Source: Clostridiales bacterium
GTDB lineage: Bacteria; Bacillota; Clostridia; Christensenellales; Borkfalkiaceae
Reading direction: 5' to 3'
NCBI GenBank assembly: GCA_015069425.1
Contig: SVIP01000002.1
Span: forward strand, 102,048 to 166,047
Length of the DNA: 64,000 nucleotides
In this document: piece after piece, positions 9,479 to 17,177 of the stretch
Position numbering within the stretch: position 1 is the stretch's first letter
Layout: every line of letters begins with the position of its first letter
Position numbers and translations under genes: made by a program
Notes under the pieces: generated by a model
What the model saw: only the letters and a program-made list of their open reading frames with translations
What the model was told of the DNA's origin: nothing
Database searches by the model: none

Positions 9479-10676
9479 TTATCCCTCCACCGAGTTTAAC
9501 GAAATCGTCAAAAAAAGTAGGATATGATTTCTTTACTGCCTCAGCCCCAATTATTGTGGACTGCCCTTTCGCCTTAATTGCAAGAATTGCCGTTGACATT
9601 GCTATCCTATGGTCGTTAAAAGAGTCTGCAATGCCACCCGTAACTTCCCCACCATACACTGTTAAATTTTTGCCGTCGCTTTCTGCTTTAATATTGAATG
9701 CGTTTAGCATACTAATAGTGGAAACTATTCTATCACTTTCCTTTATTTTTAGTCTTTCTATATTTTTAATTATACTTTTGCCATTTGCATACGCACCCAA
9801 AACCGCCACTATTGGCACTAGGTCAGGACAATCTTTAGCATCAAAAGTAAATGCGTTTAACTCGCTTTTTCTTACGCTAATGCCGTCTTTTTCCATTTTT
9901 AAGTTTGCTCCTGCCGATTTAAGAATTTCGATTATAGCCCTATCTCCCTGTACGCTATCGGGGTTTAACCCCGTAACTGTAATATCCCCGTTTATTGCGC
10001 CAGCAACTAAAAAGAACGCTGAGTTAGACCAATCCCCCTCAGGGATTAAATAACCTAGATAGGTTTGTCCACCCTTAATCTTGTAGCCATTTTCAGTTTT
10101 ATCAATGGTAACGCCAAAGTTTTTTAATACTTCTAAGGTTATTTCAACGTATGGAGCGGAAGAAAGAGGGGTTGTTAAAACTATTTCACTATCCCCTTTT
10201 AAAATTGGCAGAGCCATAAGCAACCCAGAAATATACTGACTGCTAATATCTCCACGAAGTTCAAACTTTCCGCTAGTTAATTTGCCCGAAATTAAAATTG
10301 TGCTTCCCTTTTTAACGGTTACACCGTGACTTTCTAAAACCGAAAAAAGTTCATCGTTTGGTCTTTCCATAAGTTTTCCGTGCCCGATAAACTCATATTC
10401 GCCACCAATTACACCCGCCAACGGCAACAAAAATCGCAAAGTTGAACCAGACTCTCCGCAATCTAGAACTTTTTCACCATTTTTAAGGGCGTTTAAGCAA
10501 CTTTCCGTAACGGCCATGTCGTTAGAAGTAAAATCCTTGCAACAAGCAGATGGCAAGTTCCCCGCTAAAAAATTGCAAATGGCTATTCTGTGTGCATAAG
10601 ACTTAGATGGAATAGAAGATATTTTACCGCCAAGAAAAGATTTTTCTATTACTTTTATCAATTCAAATACCCCCAT
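9465..10676 (-). CDS. aroA: 3-phosphoshikimate 1-carboxyvinyltransferase (EPSP synthase)
   Basis: 403 aa with PSKSYAHR, GESGSTLRFL and DHRIAMS motifs. Overlaps its neighbours on both sides. Confidence 0.9.
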   Translation of the reverse strand: MGVFELIKVIEKSFLGGKISSIPSKSYAHRIAICNFLAGNLPSACCKDFTSNDMAVTESCLNALKNGEKVLDCGESGSTLRFLLPLAGVIGGEYEFIGHGKLMERPNDELFSVLESHGVTVKKGSTILISGKLTSGKFELRGDISSQYISGLLMALPILKGDSEIVLTTPLSSAPYVEITLEVLKNFGVTIDKTENGYKIKGGQTYLGYLIPEGDWSNSAFFLVAGAINGDITVTGLNPDSVQGDRAIIEILKSAGANLKMEKDGISVRKSELNAFTFDAKDCPDLVPIVAVLGAYANGKSIIKNIERLKIKESDRIVSTISMLNAFNIKAESDGKNLTVYGGEVTGGIADSFNDHRIAMSTAILAIKAKGQSTIIGAEAVKKSYPTFFDDFVKLGGGINEHS

Positions 10677-11710
10677 AATTGGTCAACAGAAATCTTATTA
10701 AGGGAGATTTTCTCTACCCCGTTTATCATAACAAGGGTTATCTTATCGCCACTTCTTTTTTTATCTGAATATGATGCTAAGCAAATTTCTTTAACCGTGT
10801 AAGGACATTCATTTTCTCCAACGCATTTATATATAACTTGTTTTATCTTTTGATATTCCTTTTCGTTTATAAGTTTATGTCTTAAAGAATTTTCCAAAAT
10901 AATATTTAGTCCCATACTAACCGCTCTACCGTGTGGTATAGTATATCGGCTAAGTTTTTCTATGCCGTGCGCTGGGGTATGCCCTAAATTTAAGTATTTT
11001 CTTATGTTTTTTTCAAACTCGTCCTTTTCCACTATTCGTCTTTTATAATCTATACAAAGATATATTAATTCTTGCATGTCATAGTCGCCCTTTTCAATAA
11101 GCGAAAAGACTTTTTTATCCAAAACGGCATATTTTGCGACTTCGCCCATACCGTCTATAAAAGTTTCTTTTGGCAAACTTTTTAGTGAATCGGTATCAAC
11201 TATTACAAGTTCCGGTTGACAAAATGCTCCGACAAGATTTTTACCGCTAGTTAAATCTATAGCTGTCTTTCCGCCAACCGAAGAGTCGATTTGCGCTAAA
11301 AGAGTAGTGGGAATTTGAATATATTTTATTCCACGAAGATAGGTAGCGCTTGCAAACCCTGCCATATCCCCCGTAACTCCACCACCGAGCGCAATTATTG
11401 CGTCCGTTCTCGTCAGTTCGTTCTCTGCCAAAAACTCTAAGATTTCACCGTAAGTTTTTAAATTTTTACTCTCTTCGCCATGTTTAAAAACAAATTTAAC
11501 TACCTTAAATCCATTATTTATTAATGAGGTACAAACCTTATTTCCGTACAGTTTATCCACCGTATCATCAGTTATTAGAGCAATTTTACAATCAGAAACA
11601 ACTTCTTTAATATAAACGCCTGCGTTTTTAATAAGCCCACTGCCGATAACTGCGAAGTAACTTTTAGAAGTTCTTATTTTTATTTTTTTTATGGAAAGAC
11701 TATTTTGCAT
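10658..11710 (-). CDS. aroB: 3-dehydroquinate synthase
   Basis: 350 aa with a GGGVTGDMAGFASATYLRGI nucleotide-binding region and an HGRAVSMG metal-site region. Confidence 0.9.
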   Translation of the reverse strand: MQNSLSIKKIKIRTSKSYFAVIGSGLIKNAGVYIKEVVSDCKIALITDDTVDKLYGNKVCTSLINNGFKVVKFVFKHGEESKNLKTYGEILEFLAENELTRTDAIIALGGGVTGDMAGFASATYLRGIKYIQIPTTLLAQIDSSVGGKTAIDLTSGKNLVGAFCQPELVIVDTDSLKSLPKETFIDGMGEVAKYAVLDKKVFSLIEKGDYDMQELIYLCIDYKRRIVEKDEFEKNIRKYLNLGHTPAHGIEKLSRYTIPHGRAVSMGLNIILENSLRHKLINEKEYQKIKQVIYKCVGENECPYTVKEICLASYSDKKRSGDKITLVMINGVEKISLNKISVDQLWGYLN

Positions 11711-12563
11711 CGTTTCCCTTACTCCTTCTCATCTTTTCGGAAATAAGTTTTTTCTCGTTTCCATCGGAAAGTAATTTTTTCATTTTATCTAGGTCTTTAT
11801 CTTTAAGTGCATTTTTATAATCTTCAAGGTTAGCAATAATACTATCGATTTCTTTAACCAAAAAATCGGAATTATCAACCGTTAATTGCGCCCACATCTC
11901 AGGGGATAGTCTTGCAACCCTTGTCATATCTCTAAAACTACCAGCGGAAAATCCCATAAACTGCTCTGCAGTTTGGCTTTTGATATAGGAACTAGAAACA
12001 AGGTGGGCTAGTTGAGAAGTAAATGCAATTATTTCGTCGTGCTTTTCTGCACTAGTAATTGCTACGCTTCCAAACCCCAAACATAAAGAGTACTCTTTAA
12101 GCCAAGATATCGTACGGAGTTCCGCTTTAACAGGTACTAAAATCATACTTGCTTTTTCAAAAAGCGTTGCCGTCGAATGGCTAACTCCTGAAAACTCTCT
12201 CCCAGCCATCGGGTGTGTGCTAATAAATTTCAAGTCGGGATAAATGCTAGAGAGTTCTTTCATTTGCCTTACCACTCTGCGTTTATTTCCACAGCCATCT
12301 AATACCAAACAACCCTTTTTAAGTTTAGGGCAGTATTCGATAAGTGCTTTTTCTAACACTTCTGGATAAAGCGAGAAGAACACAACGTCCATCTCCTTTA
12401 TATTTTCGTCCGTTAATTCCTCATGATACGCTGACAAAAGTCTCCCTGCGAGCATTGCCTTTTTATCCACGTCAAAAGCATAAACTTGGTCGTTAGTCTT
12501 TTTTACTATCGTTCTGCCTAGCGACCCACCGATTAACCCTAAACCAATTATAGCAATTTTCAT
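11700..12563 (-). CDS. tyrA: Prephenate dehydrogenase
   Basis: 287 aa with the N-terminal GLGLIGGS Rossmann motif and HPMAG motif. Confidence 0.85.
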   Translation of the reverse strand: MKIAIIGLGLIGGSLGRTIVKKTNDQVYAFDVDKKAMLAGRLLSAYHEELTDENIKEMDVVFFSLYPEVLEKALIEYCPKLKKGCLVLDGCGNKRRVVRQMKELSSIYPDLKFISTHPMAGREFSGVSHSTATLFEKASMILVPVKAELRTISWLKEYSLCLGFGSVAITSAEKHDEIIAFTSQLAHLVSSSYIKSQTAEQFMGFSAGSFRDMTRVARLSPEMWAQLTVDNSDFLVKEIDSIIANLEDYKNALKDKDLDKMKKLLSDGNEKKLISEKMRRSKGNDAK

Positions 12564-12574
12564 TTTTATCTCTT

Positions 12575-13588
12575 TTAATTGTATTTTTTATTTACTATAG
12601 GTAACATTGTTTTTACCTTATCCATAAGCCCTTTAAACTGTACGGGATTAAGTGATTGCGCCCCATCGCAAAGTGCACGTTGCGGATCGTTATGAACTTC
12701 TATGATAAGACCGTCAGCACCTGCACCGACAGATGCAAGCGACATCGGTTCAACTAATCTTGCCACACCGGTTGAATGACTTGGGTCAATAATTATCGGC
12801 AAGTGCGATTTTTCCTTTAATACTGGTACAGCAGAAATATCCAAAGTATTTCTAGTCATTGTTTCAAAGGTTCTTATTCCTCTTTCACAAAGAATAACTT
12901 GGCAATCCCCCTCCGCCATAATGTATTCCGCACTCATTAAAAGTTCATTTAATGTATTTGCAAGTCCTCTTTTTAATAAAATAGGCTTGCACGTTTTTCC
13001 AACTTCTTTTAATAGTTCAAAGTTTTGCATATTTCTAGCACCAATTTGAATAATGTCTACGTCCTTAAATAAATCCAAATGGCTTACGCTCAATAATTCG
13101 GTTACGATAGGAAGTCCCGTTTCCTTTTTTGCCTTTAATAAAAGTTCAATACCCGTGTCTTTAAGACCTTGGAAAGCATAAGGAGAAGTTCTAGGCTTAA
13201 ACGCACCACCACGAAGCAAGGTTGCCCCCGCCTCTTTAACTGCTTTTGCAACTTCTATAATTTGAGATTCAGATTCAACCGAGCAAGGTCCTGCAATAAC
13301 GGTAAAATTATCACCGCCGATTTTATGACCGCCCACCTCAATAACCGTGTCTAAAGGATGAAATTTTCTATTCGCATTTTTATACGGCTCTTGAACTCGT
13401 TGAACTTGTTCAACGATATCTAAGGAAGAAATAAGGTCTATATCTACTCTACTTGTGTCACCAACTAAGCCTAAAACCGTAGAGTGTTCACCACGACTTT
13501 CGTGAACGGTAAGCCCTAAATCGTTTATCCATTCAACTAAATTTTGGTACTGTTTTTCTTCGCAGTTGTTTTTTACAACGATAATCAT
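12575..13588 (-). CDS. aroF: 3-deoxy-7-phosphoheptulonate (DAHP) synthase, type I-beta with N-terminal regulatory domain
   Basis: 337 aa. An N-terminal ~70-aa ferredoxin-like extension is followed by a KDO8P/DAHP synthase barrel (IAGPCSVES, LLRGGAFKPRTSPY, DPSH). First gene of the operon. Confidence 0.85.
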   Translation of the reverse strand: MIIVVKNNCEEKQYQNLVEWINDLGLTVHESRGEHSTVLGLVGDTSRVDIDLISSLDIVEQVQRVQEPYKNANRKFHPLDTVIEVGGHKIGGDNFTVIAGPCSVESESQIIEVAKAVKEAGATLLRGGAFKPRTSPYAFQGLKDTGIELLLKAKKETGLPIVTELLSVSHLDLFKDVDIIQIGARNMQNFELLKEVGKTCKPILLKRGLANTLNELLMSAEYIMAEGDCQVILCERGIRTFETMTRNTLDISAVPVLKEKSHLPIIIDPSHSTGVARLVEPMSLASVGAGADGLIIEVHNDPQRALCDGAQSLNPVQFKGLMDKVKTMLPIVNKKYN

Positions 13589-13652
13589 AATAATACTTCC
13601 TATATAAAATAATGTTTGATTTTTAATAATAATTTTTAAGTTATTTCTAATG

Positions 13653-13686
13653 AAAAAAGGGTTTTGCAGTAATTACTACAAAACCC
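13653..13686 (-). terminator. Intrinsic terminator inside the aro leader (attenuator)
   Basis: Minus-strand GGGTTTTGTAGT-AATT-ACTGCAAAACCC followed by TTTTTT, ending about 65 nt before the aroF ATG. Confidence 0.75.
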
Positions 13687-13724
13687 TAACCGTTTTTTGA
13701 ACGCAAAAACAATCCGTATAGTAA

Positions 13725-13790
13725 TTACCAACGCGATAGACAAGACTTGCTATAAAAGTAAAAATAAAAGTACGAATTGTTAATTTTCAT
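13725..13790 (-). CDS. Leader peptide MKINNSYFYFYFYSKSCLSRW (aromatic-codon-rich)
   Basis: AGGAG, 6 nt, then ATG. The 21 codons include seven consecutive Tyr/Phe codons and a terminal Trp. It lies between a consensus promoter and a terminator upstream of the aro operon. Too short for the ORF track. Confidence 0.6.
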   Translation of the reverse strand: MKINNSYFYFYFYSKSCLSRW

Positions 13791-13813
13791 TTTATTCTCC
13801 TAAAAACAATTTT

Positions 13814-13842
13814 ATTATACGCCTATAAAAAAACACTGTCAA
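13814..13842 (-). promoter_or_regulatory. Consensus sigma-A promoter of the aro leader (TTGACA, 17 nt, TATAAT)
   Basis: Read on the minus strand: TTGACA at 13842-13837 and TATAAT at 13819-13814. Confidence 0.7.
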
Positions 13843-13868
13843 GTATTTTTCTAAATAAATTAAATTTT

Positions 13869-14663
13869 TTACAATTTATAAACGCTATTAAAATTGTGAC
13901 TATTAATTATCACTCCAATCACTAAACCAATCATTAAAATATACACCCAAAGAAGAAAAACTATTATTCCAGCAAGACTTCCGTAAAAGGCGTTATAGGA
14001 ATTAAAAAATCTTAAATACAGAGTAAATCCAATAGTTCCCAACACTATAATAAATAAAGAGATAAGCGCACCTATTGCTAAATGAAAAAATTTTAATTTA
14101 ACGGGAGAAATAAACCTATTTAATATAATGATTAAGAAATAACAAAAAGTAATAATAACCAAAAGAGTTAAGGTCATACTTAAAATGGGGTTTTTATTAA
14201 ACACTGACGCCTTATTAATTAAATTACTTCCAAAAGCGACCAAAAATGCAACCGCTAAAAAAATTGAAAATAAGCACGCAAGCCCAAGTATTGCCCACGC
14301 CCGACGAAACAACCCTCGTTTTGAATTGGATTTTTTACCGTAAATATGATCACCGTCTTTAGACATTTGATTAAGCAGAGTTGAGCCTGAAAATATTACG
14401 GTAAACAAAAAAATAACCGTTGCTCCGCTTGATGCTTTTTCTGCGGTTGAAACGATTGCCTCTCCCGCCTCTCTGTACTCTATCGGAAGTCTTGCAACTA
14501 ACTCAAGCGACAAATCCACTCCAAAAACACCGAAAGCGGTCACCATTAAAAAAGCAAGTGGAAGAACGGACGTTAAAAAAAAGAATACCCACGCCCCCGC
14601 AACAGTAGTAAGCCGTTTTTGTGAAAAAAAGTGAAAAAAATCAATCATTCTATTTTTTTTCAT
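13869..14663 (-). CDS. YihY/BrkB-family membrane protein
   Basis: 264 aa, polytopic. N-terminus FFSQKRLTTVAGAWVFFFLTSVLPLAFL is typical of the YihY family. Confidence 0.65.
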   Translation of the reverse strand: MKKNRMIDFFHFFSQKRLTTVAGAWVFFFLTSVLPLAFLMVTAFGVFGVDLSLELVARLPIEYREAGEAIVSTAEKASSGATVIFLFTVIFSGSTLLNQMSKDGDHIYGKKSNSKRGLFRRAWAILGLACLFSIFLAVAFLVAFGSNLINKASVFNKNPILSMTLTLLVIITFCYFLIIILNRFISPVKLKFFHLAIGALISLFIIVLGTIGFTLYLRFFNSYNAFYGSLAGIIVFLLWVYILMIGLVIGVIINSHNFNSVYKL

Positions 14664-14699
14664 ACAAAAACAGTTTTTGCAAAAAGAAAACGTTTATAC

Positions 14700-14906
14700 T
14701 TAATAATCTTCGTTACCCAAAAGGTAGTCACAAGATACTGAAAAAATTTTGGAAATACGCACAAGCATATCATAAGCAGGCTCTGAAGTGTTATTTTCAT
14801 ATCTTGCATACGATTGTTGCCTTATATTTAATAATTTAGCTATTTCTGCCTGTGATAATTTATTTTCTTTCCTAAGTTCTCTCAATCTTAATGAAAATAA
14901 TTCCAT
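14700..14906 (-). CDS. XRE-family helix-turn-helix transcriptional regulator
   Basis: 68 aa. LSQAEIAKLLNIRQQSYARYENN is a classic Cro/CI-type HTH. Divergent from the three-gene module. Confidence 0.85.
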   Translation of the reverse strand: MELFSLRLRELRKENKLSQAEIAKLLNIRQQSYARYENNTSEPAYDMLVRISKIFSVSCDYLLGNEDY

Positions 14907-14934
14907 AATTTTACCCCAAATATTCTAATTTCAC

Positions 14935-14990
14935 TTGACAGGATACAGCAAATTGTTGTATAATTTGGCACATACAACAAATTGCTGTTA
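14935..14990 (+). promoter_or_regulatory. Promoter (TTGACA, 18 nt, TATAAT) overlapped by two 17-19 bp pseudo-palindromic operator-like sites
   Basis: TTGACA at 14935-14940 and TATAAT at 14959-14964. ATACAGCAAATTGTTGTAT (14943-14961) and ATACAACAAATTGCTGT (14972-14988) are near-reverse-complements of each other. Confidence 0.55.
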
Positions 14991-15005
14991 AACAAAGGAG
15001 TATTT

Positions 15006-15539
15006 ATGAAAGAAAACGTTTTAAGGGTTAAAAATCCCGTACCAATTACAGTATTTAAAATTATTGTATTAACATCAATTATTATATCAGTGATTTTAAT
15101 TCCTTTAATGTTTGTAAATTTTAGTGATAAATACGAAAAAATACAAACATTTGAAACAAAACAAGAAGTTTATAATTCTAAAGGTTATTCCGCCGCAAAG
15201 CAGTCGGTTGAAAAAATATTAGAAAAGGAAACAATTAATAATATAGAATCTATTTCTTGGTTGCTTCAAGGTCGAAAAGCAACAGATGAAATAGTATATT
15301 TAAAAATTACTTATGACTCTAATCAAACAATTAATACTAAATATTTTTGTTATTTAACATATTGGTCTAGTTTGTTTCATTATTATACATACGATTTAGA
15401 GGAAATAACAAATAAACAATACGAAAAAGAACTTATGTCTTGGCTAACAATTAGTGACGAAGAAAAAAGTTTATTAGCAAGAGAAAAAAGTTACGATGAA
15501 TTTGCAATTTCTGTTATTTTAGAGGAGGCTAAAAAATAA
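15006..15539 (+). CDS. Hypothetical signal-anchored protein
   Basis: RBS AAAGGAG, 7 nt, then ATG at 15006 (the ORF-track TTG at 14982 is rejected). One N-terminal TM helix followed by a ~130-aa soluble domain. No recognisable motif. Confidence 0.6.
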   Translation: MKENVLRVKNPVPITVFKIIVLTSIIISVILIPLMFVNFSDKYEKIQTFETKQEVYNSKGYSAAKQSVEKILEKETINNIESISWLLQGRKATDEIVYLKITYDSNQTINTKYFCYLTYWSSLFHYYTYDLEEITNKQYEKELMSWLTISDEEKSLLAREKSYDEFAISVILEEAKK

Positions 15540-16120
15540 TGGCTATCATAGTATGTAAAAACTGCGGAAAAAATATAAGTGATTCTTGTGAAAAATGCAT
15601 TCATTGTGGTGCGGATATAAAAGTTAATGATTTATCTACCGCAAATCAAGACAAACCACTAACAAAAGCAATACAAAAAACTTATGAAAACCTGCCTGAA
15701 TATGCACAATTAGAACTAGAAAATGAGTTTATTGAAAAAAACGAAGATATGATGAAATATAAAAGAAAAATAAAAGGAGCAGAAACTTTTTTTAGCAATA
15801 GCAAATTATTATTAATTATTAACCTTTTTATTCTTTTAATTAGTAGATTAATTTTTAATCTATATCCAAAAGTAGGAGTTTTTATTGAAAATAAGACAAT
15901 ATATAGCTTATTTGCAATTTGGGTTATTTTTTCAATACTTATAGGTTTGTTGCTTTTACTTATCGGCGGAATAATGAAATTAATTATGAAAAATAAAATT
16001 AAATCTTTTACATACATAAAAAAATTAAAACTCTGGTTAGAAAAAGAAAAAGAAATAATCTACAATCCTATTTTTCAACTTGAAGAAGACCAAGAATTAT
16101 TTAATCAATTAAATATATAA
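15539..16120 (+). CDS. Zinc-ribbon (CxxC...CxxC) membrane protein, hypothetical
   Basis: 193 aa. N-terminus MAIIVCKNCGKNISDSCEKCIHCG, then two long hydrophobic segments. The start codon overlaps the previous stop (TAATG). Confidence 0.65.
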   Translation: MAIIVCKNCGKNISDSCEKCIHCGADIKVNDLSTANQDKPLTKAIQKTYENLPEYAQLELENEFIEKNEDMMKYKRKIKGAETFFSNSKLLLIINLFILLISRLIFNLYPKVGVFIENKTIYSLFAIWVIFSILIGLLLLLIGGIMKLIMKNKIKSFTYIKKLKLWLEKEKEIIYNPIFQLEEDQELFNQLNI

Positions 16121-16142
16121 TCAATTTGCATAGGAGAAAATT

Positions 16143-17132
16143 ATGGCAATACTAAACTGTCCTGAATGTGGCGAGAAAATATCAAGCACAGCAAAACAAT
16201 GTGTACATTGCGGATGTAAAATTACTGTTTGTAGTGAATGTGGAAAAGTAATTTTAGGTGAAAGGGGCACCTGCCCAGATTGTGGATTTAAAATTGATAA
16301 TGAAAAAAAGAATGATACAACTAATAAGTATGGTGATTTATCTGAAATAGTTAATGAGTGGAAGGCAGAAAACAACTTATTAGCATTTGTTTTAAATAAT
16401 CTAACATTCTTAGCCTTGTGGGGCGTATCTATATTATTATTTATTATCTCGATTATTTATTTAATTTCGTGGAAAAGCGGTCCAGCCACTAACCTACTAA
16501 ATATAAAAGATGTACTTAATACTACAAAAACCTTATGCATAATTAGCGCTATTGTGTATGCTCTTTCATCTATGCTTTATATTTTTGACTTTCAAACATA
16601 TACCTTTAGGTCTTGGGCTAAAAGAAAAAATATAGATTTAAAATATTATTTAGAAAAAGCGTTACAAACTGATACTAAAAATTTAAGCGGAGAATCAGCA
16701 CTTATCTTTAACTCAAACATACTTTTAGCAGAAAAAAGCTTAAGATTTTCTAACGACTTACAATCTAAAATGAACGAACAAAAATTTTCAAAAATAAAAT
16801 TTTTATTATCAACAATTCTAACTTTTTTTATATGTTTTTTTATAGTCAACAATATAGAAAGTTACTTAGAAAAAGTTTTTATCACTTGGAGTGTTAAGTT
16901 TAAACTTTCCGACATAGTGGATTTTTGGATGGTAATAGTAGCACTTATTTTATACGCCATAAAATATATTGTAAATAAGATATATGAAAAAAAAGAAAAC
17001 GAATTGCAATATAAATGGATTAAAAACAATTTAACAGAATATTACGAAAATTTCAAAACAACTGAACACGCTGTTGCAGATTACTTTTCTTCATCCAAAT
17101 ACGCTGATAAAAAACATAATAATATTAAATAA
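16143..17132 (+). CDS. Double zinc-ribbon membrane protein, hypothetical (paralogous N-terminus to the previous gene)
   Basis: 329 aa. MAILNCPECGEKISSTAKQCVHCG plus CSECG...CPDCG, followed by about four TM segments. Confidence 0.65.
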   Translation: MAILNCPECGEKISSTAKQCVHCGCKITVCSECGKVILGERGTCPDCGFKIDNEKKNDTTNKYGDLSEIVNEWKAENNLLAFVLNNLTFLALWGVSILLFIISIIYLISWKSGPATNLLNIKDVLNTTKTLCIISAIVYALSSMLYIFDFQTYTFRSWAKRKNIDLKYYLEKALQTDTKNLSGESALIFNSNILLAEKSLRFSNDLQSKMNEQKFSKIKFLLSTILTFFICFFIVNNIESYLEKVFITWSVKFKLSDIVDFWMVIVALILYAIKYIVNKIYEKKENELQYKWIKNNLTEYYENFKTTEHAVADYFSSSKYADKKHNNIK

Positions 17133-17135
17133 TAA

Positions 17136-17175
17136 AAACTCCTGATCACTTTTATTTGTGTTCAGGAGTTTTTTC
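17136..17175. terminator. Bidirectional intrinsic terminator
   Basis: ACTCCTGA...TCAGGAGT hairpin with an A-run upstream and TTTTT downstream. Confidence 0.7.
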
Positions 17176-17177
17176 CA

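Noticed and set aside
13589-13868. T-box riboswitch upstream of aroF.
   Set aside because: I looked on the minus strand for the conserved T-box core (AGGGTGGNACCGCG-like) and a specifier-loop architecture and found neither. The interval is fully accounted for by promoter, leader ORF and terminator. A covariance-model scan should still confirm this.
15682-16375. Antisense ORFs 15682..16017 (-) and 16121..16375 (-).
   Set aside because: They are nested opposite the zinc-ribbon membrane protein genes, which have RBSs, coupling and recognisable CxxC motifs. The antisense translations are low-complexity.
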